In this document: positions 14,036 through 27,700 of the stretch, piece by piece
How the letters are laid out: every line of letters starts with the position of its first letter
Position numbering within the stretch: the first letter of the stretch is position 1
Assembly: GCA_951406725.2 (NCBI GenBank)
Contig: OX597814.1
Location: 85,498,001-85,562,000, forward strand
Direction of reading: 5' to 3'
Length of the DNA: 64,000 bases
DNA from: Octopus vulgaris
Taxonomy: Eukaryota
Notes under the pieces: generated by a model
The model's database searches: none
What the model saw: the letters and a program-made list of their open reading frames with translations, nothing else
Told to the model about the DNA's origin: nothing
Made by a program: the position numbers and the translations under genes

Positions 14036-14594
14036 TATATATATATATTATATATATCTGTTTATTACCTGTTTTCTAATGCGCATGTCTATATATCTAT
14101 CTAATCTTTCTGCCGATATATTTGGAACTAGAGTGGATAGTAGAAAAATAATGCAAAGAATTACTGTAAACATAAATAGGAAATTGAGGATTAAATAATA
14201 AGAAATAGCAACAAAAACGAAAATAGGATATATATAAAATTATAAATATAATATATAAGAATAGAAAATAATATACTACATAAAATAGAATTAAAAAAAA
14301 AGAATAAAATAAGATAAAAATATAAATAAGACATAAATGAAAGTTATAATGCTAATAAGAAATGAAAAATAAAAACTGAAAACAGGAGATAATTATAATA
14401 ATGAAAAATAAAGAAAAAAAACTTAAGCAAAACTGTGTAATATTTAGTAACAAAAGAAATGGAAGGTACAAAAGTAATTTACATATAATATTATAAAATA
14501 AAATGAAGCATACCAACATATAAAATACAGCATATACAATGAACTTAATACCTCAATACATTATTTATATATATGTGTATGATGTGCGTGTATG

Positions 14595-14625
<31 letters not shown>

Positions 14626-14706
14626 GTATATATGAATGTATACATATATCTAAATATATGTATGTGTACATATAAATATATATACTTATATATCTATCTA
14701 TCTATG

Positions 14707-14769
<63 letters not shown>

Positions 14770-14772
14770 ATA

Positions 14773-14851
<79 letters not shown>

Positions 14852-15021
14852 ATACAAACGCATGCAAGCATACATATATATATATGTAAAAAGAGTAAGA
14901 ATATAATAAAGATGCATGTAAATAGCAAATAATAAGAAATATATATAATAAGAGAAAAATATATAGTATTTAATGAAAAATATTCAATGACATATGTGTG
15001 TGTGTGTGTGTGGTGTACGTG

Positions 15022-15057
<36 letters not shown>

Positions 15058-15149
15058 TGTGTGTGTGATAGAAATAACGACAAAATAATAATGAAAATAA
15101 TGAAGAATTATAAATTATATTAGTAAATGTATATGTTATTTTGATGGAA

Positions 15150-16080
15150 TTAAAGGTGTTTTGTAACAGGTTTTGTGAGACGGTTTTTGTAAAATGTTGA
15201 TATGAAATATATTTTATATGTATGATATATCAAAAGTATTTTCATTGGTGACCTTTGGAATGTTAGTACGTCTGTAACTGGAATTGTTTCAAGAGATACC
15301 GATCTTTATGGAATTTTTAGCCGAGCTTAGACATTTTATTTGATATCATATAATCAATTGTCGTGATGTTTTCTTTTATACAGGGCTGACATCTAATGGA
15401 TACGTTGTGATATAATATGGGTTTTTTCTTTGTCTTAAAGGTCTAGATGCAATTAGAAAAGAGCATGATGTTCTTGTATTCGGGATGTATATATCGTATA
15501 TTAATTGAAATGGTTGTAAAACCTATGAGTCGTAGTCTCTATTATCAACTGCCTCAGGTTTGGCTCGTTACATCAATGCATTTTCAAAGCACTTTCCATT
15601 GAGTCACAAGGACAATTGCACAAAATTCGAAATTTATACCTGTTAATGTTTGTATTTGTATTTATGTTTGTCTGCATCTGTGTTTGTATTTATGATAACA
15701 TACTTTATTTTGTAGATATTTGATACTAAAGTTGCGAGATTTTTCAGTGCAACTATAGCTAACATTTACTGTAATTTTATCAAATATTTTGTATTAACTG
15801 TGTGAATTAGACAAGTTCTTATGCATTAGGGCTAAGAAATTCATGGTCATACGAAAAAAAAAATTTAAACTGAAACTGATATTTTGTATGTATTGCAATT
15901 TTATTTTAAGCTTCTGCTGAGAAATTTCTTTGAAACAGAGGAACTCTTGAGGAGTCTCTTCATTGAAAGGGATATATTAGTTTTGCCTGTTAAATGGGAT
16001 TTTAATACTCTGGATGGGAAGTGAATTATTTATATGTAAAAGTCTTTTTTATTACATTTTCTGCGAAGAAGATATTTGCC
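15150..16080 (-). pseudogene. Heavily decayed Penelope-like element ORF (RT thumb, linker, GIY-YIG region)
   Basis: Minus-strand remnants HPxRVLKS, FL..MHKNLSNSH..YKIFDKITVNVSYSCTE and CNCP..LNGKCFEN resemble the PLE motifs KIFNxNTVKVSYSC and CNC..CPLxGxC; many stops. Confidence 0.6.
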
Positions 16081-16584
16081 GGTATTTAGGTTCGTGTTTT
16101 TTGTTCTCTAATAATGCATATAATTATGCATGTGTGTACATGCATGACTGCATGTATGTATGCATGTATGCATGTATACACACACACGCACACATTTGTC
16201 CACGCACACACACGTCCACGCACGCGCGCGCGCGCACACACACACACACACACATGTAGTTCATTGAGTTAAAGTGCGTATATTTCTATTTCAAAACTAG
16301 AACGGTAAAGTAGTCAATATCGAAGCAGTGTGTAAATATTTATTGTACATAACTCTCTGTTCTTATTAACAGTTGCTGAATATCGCTGACCACGTAACTG
16401 ATTTTTGATCATTTAAGACATAGTATTTGTTATAAAATAATATAAGTGGTTTGTCATTAAAACATATAGAAAACAATAAAAAAGAAAATATATAAATATA
16501 TAGAAAATAATGTAAATAAGAAAGATAAATATAGTTATTATATATATATATGTATGTGTGTATGTATTTAAAAAAAAAATTTTT

Positions 16585-16793
16585 TTTTACTTGTTTCAGT
16601 CATTTGACTGCGGCCATGCTGGAGCACCGCCTTTAGTCGAGCAAATCGACCCCGGGACTTATTCTTTGTAAACCCAGTACTTATTCTATCAGTGTCTTTT
16701 GCCGAACCGCTAAGTGACGGGGATGTAAACACACCAGCATCGGTTGTCAAGCAATGCTAGGGGGACAAAACACAGACACACAAACACACATAT

Positions 16794-16836
<43 letters not shown>

Positions 16837-17001
16837 TACGGCAGACTTCTTTCAGTTTCCGTCTACCAAATCCACTCACAAGGCTTTGGTCGGCCCGAGG
16901 CTATAGCAGAAGACACTTGCCCAAGATGCCACGCAGTGGGACTGAACCCGGAACCATGTGGTTGGTTAGCAAGCTACTTACCACACAGCCACTCCTGCGC
17001 C
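16585..17001 (-). mobile_element. SINE family 2
   Basis: Reverse complement of the 13474 copy; short duplication of the head at 17005-17022. Confidence 0.9.
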
Positions 17002-17347
17002 TATAGCCACTCCTGCGCCTATATTTGTGCATGTATGTAAATATAAATATATATACATATATACTATATATATAACATACACATATATATATTATAATAT
17101 ATTTTATACATATAAATATTGAATATAAATATCATATATACATATATGCTGTATGCATATTATATATCATATATATATATATATTATATATATTATTATA
17201 TATATATTATATATATATATTATATTATTATATATATTATATATATATCATTATATATAGATACACACACACATATATAAAAATAAATACGTACATACAT
17301 TCATATATACATACATACATGCATACATACATACATACATACATACA

Positions 17348-17382
<35 letters not shown>

Positions 17383-17549
17383 GTTTATGTTGAAACTGAA
17401 GTTAAATAGCGGTGCCCCAACATGGCCACAGCTTGTGAGCTGAAACTAGATGCAGTAAAAAGAAATAAAATATATGTAATTAACCTCAATGAACAGAGAT
17501 CTTTACACTGAAGATAGTGCAATATCTCGGCATCTTCTCATATATTTAT

Positions 17550-17860
17550 TTACTTAAGCCATTCGAACCCCATGGAACATAGGCCATCGACAACCTTTCT
17601 TCATTGTTCTCGACTCTGTGCTCTCTTTTTTCCTTGAGGGTCTCTCCCATGTCATGTTTATTTTGAATTGTCATCGATGCTTTTGTAACTTCGCTATTTT
17701 TCTACACAAATCCATTTTTTTTTCTCTGGAAAGAGGTAGTCCATGTTAGTATGACCTCTATCCATTCACCTGTCCACAACGAGGGCCTTACTGAAAGCTA
17801 GCTTTCCACTAGCGTAACTCTCAGAGTCACCGAGTCATACAAGACACCACACCACAGCAC
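17550..17860 (-). mobile_element. Non-autonomous bipartite RTE derivative (5' UTR joined to 3' end)
   Basis: Minus strand has CTCGGTGACTCTGAGAG (RTE 5'-UTR-like) and ends in AQSREQ*RKVVDGLCSMG (RTE C-terminus-like); same layout as 20740-21195. Confidence 0.6.
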
Positions 17861-18140
17861 TGACTGGACCATGAAGTGGTTCTTATATATTTGGTGAAGA
17901 ATAATTCTATTTCCCAAAAGAATATGTTCAGAAAATGCCTCATTCAAAACTGGACGATGCTGTTCGAAGAACGAGGGGAAAAGGTTTTTTTTTTATATAA
18001 CTAAGGATAATCTAATCCAGTGTTTCTCAACCATTTTTTAACTATAGACACCTTTGATTCCAATTTTACTCGGATTGACCCTTATAGTTATTCAATGTTT
18101 AAAATGTCCTATTATAAATAAATATTATTCGGAATTGAAA

Positions 18141-18377
18141 GGCGGCGAGCTGGCAGAAACGTTAGCACGCCGGGCGAAATGCGTACCCACATTTCGTCTG
18201 CCGTTACGTTCTGAGTTCAAATTCCGCCGAGGTCGACTTTGCCTTTCATCCTTTCGGTATCGATAAATTAAGTACCAGTTACGTACTGGGGTTGATGCAA
18301 TCGACTTAATCCGTTTGTCTGTCCTTGTTTGTCCCCTCTGTGTTTAGCCCCTTGTGGGTAGTAAAGAAATATATAAT
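18141..18377 (+). mobile_element. SINE family 1 nested in the hAT MITE
   Basis: 19-bp TSD TAAATATTATTCGGAATTG at 18119-18137 and 18378-18396. Confidence 0.92.
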
Positions 18378-18480
18378 TAAATATTATTCGGAATTGTATA
18401 AAAAGATAATAATATTTTGCGTATTGTAGAAGTATAACTAATTTATTGAAGATAAATTTTATCAACTAAGACTAATATGT

Positions 18481-18746
18481 GAAGGCGCGTGACCTAGTGG
18501 TTAGGCTGTTGCACTCACAATCGCTAGATTGTGGGTTTGATTCCCTGATTGGGCGACGCGTTGTGCTCTTGAACAAAACACTTTGTTCCACGTTGTCCCA
18601 GTAACCCTTCCGATCAAGGAGGAATGTTGGCCTACTCACCTAGCCAGCAGGGTGGCGTCATCTGAAGGCTAAAACAATGCAAAACGCATTGTGACCAGCG
18701 ATATGTAACAACATTTGATAGCTTGGTCAGTCACGTGATCACGTGA
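18481..18746 (+). mobile_element. SINE with family 3 tail nested in the hAT MITE
   Basis: tRNA-like head GGCGCGTGACCTAGTGGTTAGG, tail GTCACGTGATCACGTGA, flanked by ACTAATATG. Confidence 0.8.
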
Positions 18747-19947
18747 AAACTAATATGGACTTCCAAGGGCCATATGGACCCCGGTTGAGAACCACTGATC
18801 TAATCGATCAAAGAAGATATACATCAGGACCATTGAAAATAGCAACCACACACACACACACAACGCAGACTTATTCATATAAATGCACAATTTCACACAT
18901 GCGTATACTCAGATACACACACACACACACACACATACACACGCACATACACACACACACACTCACATACACACACACACACTCACATACACACACACAC
19001 ACATACACACAGAGTTCATGCGCATACTGTTAATTGTACACAGCATACAAGTCGTACGCAATTTTACACATGCACAGCATATAGGCAAGTCAAAGTATTG
19101 GGACAGCTATGATTTTATTTTTATTTTCTCGGAGTAAATTCAATCATTTCAAATACAAAAATTAATTAAAATTTATTTAGATTACCAATTGAATATAATT
19201 TATTTAACTGTAATTACCATCCCACCATATTTTATTTTCGTATTCAGGACTTTTATTTTCGTAATTTTTGTAATGTGTTGGGTAGTTTTTTGTTGCTGTT
19301 GTTGTTTTTGCTTCTTCCATGACTTAATTTAAAGGTGATTATAGAATTCAAATTGATAGCAGTTTTAAATGTGATAATGACATTAATCTGATAATAATAT
19401 TAAGACATCTTTTCTCGAAAATTCTGGAAATTTCTGAAATATATCGAAATAGACTATACGAGTTAATGTTTTCTTCTTTTGCTCATTACTTGCTTGCCGT
19501 GTTAAAGATGCAAATGTCGTGTTGCCGTGAGGAAGGGTTTATTGATCTATTGGTTGGCTTTCTTCGAAATGTTGGTGATGAAAAGAGATTTGACAACGCA
19601 GATATGAGAACAGTCCTTCGAAGCAGAGCTTATTTTGTTATTACGGCATGTTTATTACTATTTTAGAATGGACCACCTCGTGTTTCGTAAAAGAAAAACC
19701 TTTTCTTTCTATCAAGAAAAAATACTGGTATGCATTTTTTATTTGAAACGTTAAATATTGCCTCCGAAGTTACAAGTTTTTATTCAATATATTGGTAACG
19801 TACAGATATATAGCGCACAACTGAAATACATATAGAGGTATCTACAAGTTGTGAGTAGAAGAAATACTTTCAGATATTCGAACTAGCTTCTTATTGAAAT
19901 AAAATTTCACAAACGATAATCAATGATGCAATATAACTATATTTGTA

Positions 19948-20345
19948 AGGTGGCGAGCTGGCAGAAACGTTAGCACACTGGGCGAAATACTTAGCAGCAT
20001 TTCGTCTGCCGTTACGTTGTGAGTTCAAATTCCGCCGAGGTCGACTTTGCCTTTCATCCTTTCGGGGTCGATAAATTAAGTACAAGTTACGCACTGGGGT
20101 CGATGTAATTGACTTAATCCCTTTGTCTGTCCTTGTTTGTCCACTCTATGTTTAGCCCCTTGTGGGTAGTAAAGAAATAGGTATTTCATCTGTCTTTATG
20201 TTCTGAGTTCAAATTTCGCTGAGGTCGAATTTGCCTTTCATCCTTTCTGGTGTCGATAAATTAAATACTAGTTGCGCACCGGAGTCGATCTCATTGACTG
20301 GCTCCCTCCTCAAAAATGTGGGGCCTTGTGACTAGAGTAGAAAAG
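19948..20345 (+). mobile_element. Dimeric SINE family 1 with 18-bp TSD
   Basis: Two B-box plus core modules within a single TSD AATATAACTATATTTGTA (19930-19947, 20346-20363). Confidence 0.92.
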
Positions 20346-20739
20346 AATATAACTATATTTGTATAAGATGCTACAATACACTACTAGACGCATCGGTTAT
20401 TGGCTAGGATGCTTGGACTCACAATCATTGGATAGTGGGTTCGATTTCTGACTGGATGAAAGGTTATCTCCTTAAATAAGGTACTATATGTCACATTGAT
20501 AAGCTGAAAATAAGTACCATCTAAGTCGTGTGTAACTGTCTCCCTTCGAGCTGTCAAACACTGGGTATTGTGTTGAGACAAGGGTGGTAGTTCTGAGAGG
20601 GTATCTATGTCTGCTCGTGATTACACAGACATCTAAAACATAATCATTCTCATTTGCGACTGACGGCTATATTTTTTATGCTATAACTGATTACTAGTTT
20701 TGACATCAAACAACGTATAGTAATCATCACAACATCCAA

Positions 20740-20909
20740 TCCGTGTTGCGTTGTAGTGGCTTGTGTGCCTCAGTGATCCTGAGAGCCGTGCCAGTGGATC
20801 GCATGCTCTTGGTAAAGGCCCTCATTTTGGACAGGTCAAAGAATAAAAGCCAAACGAATACTGACCATTTCTGACCAGAGGTGAAAATGAGTTTGCATAG
20901 GGTCAACAC

Positions 20910-20992
<83 letters not shown>

Positions 20993-21195
20993 AAACAAAG
21001 TTACAGGAGTATCGATGACAATTCAAGACCACAAGACTAGGGAGAGGAAGCCATTCTTCAGGGAAACATATGACGCGGCGCAGCGAAATAAAAGCAGAGA
21101 TTCAACTGAAAAGAAACAGAAATGACAGCCGAGAGTCAAGAACAGTTGAGAAACGTCATCGATGACTTAGGAGTCATAGGAACGAAGGGTTATAA
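20740..21195 (+). mobile_element. Non-autonomous bipartite RTE derivative
   Basis: GGCTTGTGTGCCTCAGTGATCCTGAGAGCCGTGCC (RTE 5'-UTR-like) and GAGAGTCAAGAACAGTTGAGAAACGTCATCGATGAC (3'-end-like), split by a microsatellite. Confidence 0.6.
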
Positions 21196-21259
21196 ACAAG
21201 AGCAAAATCAGAGTAAGCACGGTATTGTAATAGTTTTGTTGTTATTACAGGCATAAATT

Positions 21260-22058
21260 CGATAGGAGTTAGAGGCTAAAGACAGAAATGTATCGCCAGT
21301 ATCAAAACGTAAGAAGTATTGTAGACGTACTGATACTATTAGGACACAAGAATTTATTCAAAAAGTAAAGCAGACCATTGATGGCAATCCCAGAATATCT
21401 ATGAGGCTGATAGCAAAAGAACACCGTATGTCAGAAGGAAGAATCCGAAATGTTGTCCACAAATCCATCAAATACAAATCTTATGCGATGAGAAAAGGTC
21501 ATTTTATGTCAGAAATAGTTAAGGGAAATCACTTAATCAGATCTAAAAGATTCCTGAACAAACTTAAAACTCAGCAGAGAAAGATGTCAATTGGTTCTTC
21601 TCAAACAAGAAAAACTTTGATCAAGATTAGAAAGTAAACAAGAAATGACAGAAGTTCCAAGAGTAATGCATACAAAATTTCCTGCAGCTTCGAATTAACT
21701 CTGCTGCCTACATAGATGTTCTGAATACAGTGGTTAAGCCATGGATCGATAATGTACGCAACGGAAGACTTTATGTGTTTCAACAATACTCGGCATCATC
21801 ACACAAGGCTACAGAGGAATGGATGGCGGAAAATTTTCATCACATAGCCCCCAATATTTGACCTCCATTAGACAATATGTATGGAGCGTAGTTGAGAAAG
21901 AGGTTAATGAGCACCCTCATAACACCAAAGAATCCCCAAAAGGCTCCATAGTCAGAGTAATGTCCAATATGAACATATACCACTTAATCCTAGCATGTAG
22001 GCGATTCAGACCTTGCATAGAAGCCATTATTGAAGCCGAAGGAGACGTTATTGAATAA
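21260..22058 (+). pseudogene. Tc1/mariner transposase pseudogene, maT (DD37D)-like
   Basis: SMRLIAKEHRMSEGRIRNVV..IKYKSY, WFFSNKKNFDQD (FSDEKNF), YVFQQYSASSHKA (FQQDSAPSH), YVWSVVEKEVN, ACRRFRPCIEAIIEAEG. Confidence 0.8.
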
Positions 22059-22812
22059 AATGGCGAAACAATAACTTTATTACCTAAGGGGGATCAGCCA
22101 TCTGAATGTGGCTAGGGACAGGGCGGGGTGGTGGGTGTGTTACTGATGCATTTAGCCCCAGGCGATCATCAACGTCACCAGAAGGGCTGACACCATCTCG
22201 GTGTCCTTCTTATCTTGAAAACCTTTTTCAGTAAAAAGACATTAATGTCTGTTTCTAAGAGTCATTTTTGTGTACGTATATAACTGTCCTCAAACATCTT
22301 ATGCACATTGTAGATACAAACGGTTATACTTATATTGAATTTGAGATGGTGAAATATTTCATCAGACCAATTATGACTGGACAATTTGAGATGTTGAAAT
22401 ACTTATTTCATCAGATAAAACTTGATTGGTTAATTTAAGATGATAAAATATTACATCTGAACTATGCAGCAACGAATTGTGTAGTTTATTTTAAAGGTAT
22501 ATTTACATGATGTAAATGAAATACATGCATAAACGTAATTAATTGGAATTTCTACATAATGCATGTGCTAAAACCAAAAACCTTTCTCATCTTGAAAACT
22601 GTAGGTGATGTCAAAAAACTAATTGTATATTTGAAATCAGCATTAAAAACTACACTAAGTACATCATGGCATATGCTTGATGAAAAACACTTGTTGACCA
22701 GTGTAATTGTGGCTTCAGGGTTAATTTCCACAGAAACGAAAGGAAAGTACCCACATACCTTCATAGTTCAAGGACTCTGAATCTGGAGGAAAGAAAAGAA
22801 GAAATTATCTTC

Positions 22813-23325
22813 AGACGTAGCCGTGTGGTAAGACGCTTGCTTCCCAACCAAATGGTTTCGAGCTCAGTTCCACTGTATGGCACCTTGAGCAAGTGCCTTC
22901 TATTATAGCCACGGGCTGACCAAAACCTTGTGAGTGGATTTGGTTGACAGAAACTGAATGAAGCCCGTCGTATGTATGTATGTATGTATGTATGTATGTA
23001 TGTATGTATGTATGTATGTATGTATGTATGTATGTATGTATGAAAGTATGTATGTATGTATGTATGTATGTATGTATGTACGTATGTATATATATATATA
23101 CACGTGTATGTCTATGCTTGTCCCCCCCACCGTCGCTTGACAACCGACGTTGGTGTGTTTATGCCCCCATAACCTAGCTGTTCAGCAAAAGAGACCGATA
23201 GAATAAGTACTAGGCTTACAAAGAATAAGTCCTGGGGTCGATTTCTTCGACTAAAAAACCCTTTAAGGCGTTGCTCCAGCATTTTCGCAGTCGAATGACT
23301 GAAGACAAGTAAAAGAATAAAAGAA
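22813..23325 (+). mobile_element. SINE family 2 (older copy)
   Basis: Same head, body and tail as 6737; internal repeat is (TATG)n. Confidence 0.88.
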
Positions 23326-23647
23326 AATCAGACACCAGACGCGAATGCTTGCAACAAGCGGTGATGTTAAACTGTGCGAACTTATTTCCTTTATGTTAAA
23401 TTTTTTTATCATGTTCTCGATTTCGTTCCATAGAATTAAGGTTGTTCAAGCGTAACGAACTTGTTCCCGATGTTTGTACATTTCGATTATGACTCTAATT
23501 GCCTTCCATAGATAAGATTGTTGAAAGTGTAACTCGCGTATACACATCGTAACAAGTAGAATAATATTTTGTCATGTACGAAGCCATTTATTGTGATTGT
23601 TTTAGTGTTTGTTGTTGTTGGTTGGTGGTGATGGTGGTATTAGTGTG

Positions 23648-23726
<79 letters not shown>

Positions 23727-24595
23727 CTGTGTGTGTGAATGTATGTAGATATTTTATTCATTTCTGCTTTCTGGCTAATGTTATCGTTATTGTTATATAT
23801 TCATGTATGCTGATATTAATATCCTTATTATTGTTGTTAGAGACGTTGTAGGCAAGCCCAACGACCACCAGCAGCACCAACACCACCACAACATACGCAC
23901 GCATTTTTATTTTTATCTTTTTTTTATTTTATTTTACGATTTAATACTTTAGAAATTTCTATGATCCGTCCGATTCCTAGCGGCTTTATCTTCTTGCACA
24001 ACCAAGTGCTAGTAAACCTACTTAAAATGGTATAAAGCGCTTAGATTTACATCGTTTACATTGCTTCAACAAAATTTATTAGATTTTATGTCTATTTTCA
24101 TACTAAAAGAAAGGCGAACAAAAACGATGTTGATCTTTTTTTCTTTTATGCCTTCTTTATTTGATATATTTTTCCACACACACACTCATACTCACAAACA
24201 CATTTTTGCTTGTGGTTTCTTTTAAACAATGAAGATATCTTACGAAATGGGATATTTGTTCGTATAGTACAGTAAGTAGTTTTTGCAATTCTCTCTACTT
24301 TTTTAAGCGATAAAAAATATTTGTTCAATCTCAAAACATACTACTGGAAGATTGCTCAACCGATCTATACAGTAGATTTAGTAAATTGACTTACAGGATT
24401 TATTATCTTTCTTTATGCCCTCTCTCTACTCTGTCTGTCTGTCTGTCTGTCTGTCGCCTGCCTGCATGCCTGCCTGCCTGCCTGTCTGTCTGTCTTGCTC
24501 GCACGCTCTCTTCGTCGTCTGTATTTTATTCATTGATAATGGTGACAATAATTATATTTTTTGCTTGTTTCTTGTGTATGTGCTTGCTCGCTTGC

Positions 24596-24691
<96 letters not shown>

Positions 24692-26002
24692 TGTAATGTT
24701 GGCAAGGTTGATGGATATTCAAATGTAAAACACCATTTGAAACTGTCAACATGAGTCTGGCAGAATTTGACATAAATCAGACCTGTCACTGTCACAGGTA
24801 AACAGCTGTGACACTATATGTATCGTATACTGATAAATTAAATGTTTTATTTCATAGACAATATCTGGGCAGAAAAAAAATCCTGGAACAATCCGGGTAA
24901 GATCTGTTTCGACATGGTTAAATGATATCCAAGTAAGTAATATCTAGATACTATGCAAGCATAAGAAAAAAGAAAGAAAACTGACAACGAGCAAACTCAA
25001 AGTATTGCAGTGTGTACATGAAAAATAAGTAAAATGATTTGACGTTTCAGACATTGGTCTGTCATCAAGCAGGAAGGATGGAAAAGGCAAGGACAAATGG
25101 AAATTAAACTGATTTTCTCTCAAACATAGTTAACCCTACCGTCTGCTGTTCCATGCAACCTCATTCATTTCTTTAAAACACAGTACCTCAACAACAAATT
25201 TTACAACCTTTTGTCATCTTCCAAACGGCAAGCTTTGCTTACTTTTCCGACTGGGTTGCACTTCCTTCCATATCACTCGCGACATCTTCTGTTGTTTTTA
25301 CCTTCTCCAGAGATCTACTTCTCATGGAGGCTGAATGAACCTCCTTTAGCCGAAGCCTAAATTTTGTCCTTCTTCAAGTGAAGCTAGCTGAATGCGACGC
25401 ATGCGCCAATACTGGTTATTTCCTCTGTCGAGACCAAATTAAGGCTCATAACAGAAATTTAGGACTTCCGATCGAGGACATCTTCACTAACCTAAAAAGG
25501 CGCATCTTCAAATGGACATTAACAATTGGCTTTACACCTCTCTTTCGATTTAATTGTAAATAAATGCCGCTTCTATTTGTGCGTCTTCAACTTCAGCAGA
25601 CTATCCTGTGTTAAATATAGAGAATCCCCGTTATTGAATATACACATAAACATCAACAAAATGAAACATTCCTATCAAAACCTCTACCAATGCGGACAAA
25701 CCAGACCGGGTATCGTTGTTTCGAGCAGGCAAGAAAAATGCGTACTGTCACGCTGGCACACATCTCACATTCCTACATAAATGCATACATACATACATAC
25801 AAACATACATACAAACATGCATGCATACATAAGTAACTGCATACTGACGTACATACATACGTATATACATACATATAAACATGCATGCATACATAAGTAA
25901 CTGCATACTGACGTACATACATACGATTATACATACATATACTACATACATTCATGCGTACATGGATACGTGCATGCATACATACATACATACATACATA
26001 CA

Positions 26003-26036
<34 letters not shown>

Positions 26037-26744
26037 CATACATACATGCGTACGTACTTGCATTCATGCATACATATATACCTACATGCATATACACATA
26101 TGTGCATACATAGAATAATGCATTTATACACACATACATACGTACGTACGTAGATATATACATACAGGCATGCATACATGCGTACGTATATGCATTCATA
26201 CATACATACATGAACACAAACATGCGTACGTACATACATACATACATACGTTCATACATACACATATCACACATGCACGCATACACATATCACACATGCA
26301 TATAACCATACAAACATACATACATATATACATATGTCTACATGCCTACGCTCCTACACAAGCGCACATATCAACTAAGCCAGAACACATATCGACACCT
26401 TTAGACATAGTTAACATTAATTACACTCTTAGCAGCTATCTTTATATACGCACAAACACATCAAGTAGTTAAACTATACATTTGCACACACAGACATGTA
26501 AAAATGTACCAACACAGACACATATAAATGCACAATTTATGTTATTCATCTGCTGTATTACACATACAACAAATTACACCCCCCCACACACACATACACA
26601 AACGTACATAAATATATACATGCATACAAACACTACACTCGCGCGCGCGTAGTCAACCATCTCACGCACAGCCTGTAACTTTATTACCCGCCAAGTGTTT
26701 ACCATTTAGATCGCTCTATACTATAAACAGCCGTCACATCCGCA

Positions 26745-27700
26745 ACCACCACCACCACCACCACCACCACCACCACAAGACTACTAGCGCTACCATCACC
26801 ACCACCACCACCACCACTACAACCAGCACTACGACTACCACAAGCACTTCCACCCTACGAAGTAACCGCCCCAATAAGACAAAGGCGACAACGACCACAT
26901 CGCCGCCCCGCCATCACGACCACGACCACCATCACGACCACGACCACCATCACCAAAAACGTCGCCATCAGAGGATGTGAGAACGTCTATACGGTTTCTC
27001 ACTTTGCTAGAAATAACGGCTGAATTCCTTAAGCTCACCCCTTACCAACTTAGAGTAACCAGCACATGGGTTAATAGTGTAAATGTGTGAAGCAGTGTGA
27101 CTGAGAAAAAGACGGGTTGGTCATGGTCGGAACTATTTTCATAATATAACTTACCTATCAAAGTTTACCTGGGCCTAAACTACATACAAACCATCGCTAA
27201 TGTAATCAACACCTCCACCACCACCACCACCACCACCACCACCATTACCATCACTACCACTACTATCACATCCACCACAACCATCACCACCGCCACCATA
27301 ATTACCATCACCACTATCATCATAACTACTACCACCACCTCACCACCACCACCACCACCACCACCACCACCACCACCATCACCATAACTACCATCACCAC
27401 TATCACCATAACTACTACCACCATCACCATCACCAACACGACGACGACGACCACCACCACCGCCACCACCACCACCTCCTCCACCACTGCCATTCACTCT
27501 CACCACCAACAACATCACATCATCATCATCATCTACGTAACCACCACCACCACCTCCGCTTCTACTATCACCACCATCAATACGAATTCCAACACGACGA
27601 TCACATCTTCACTACGACAATGACGACGACCACGACGACCACCACCTCCACCACTACCAACAACAACAACATGGCTACCATATCTACACCTTCTTCCTCC
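26745..27700. repeat. (ACC)n/(ACG)n trinucleotide low-complexity region
   Basis: Seen directly; explains the poly-G/V ORFs. Confidence 0.85.

Larger units (their letters stand above)
18018..18797. mobile_element. hAT MITE carrying two nested SINEs
   Basis: TIRs CAGTGTTTCTCAACC / GGTTGAGAACCACTG; 8-bp TSD ATCTAATC at 18010-18017 and 18798-18805. Confidence 0.9.

Noticed and set aside
19466-19666. 66-aa ORF in unique sequence
   Set aside because: No recognisable motif or convincing splice signals.
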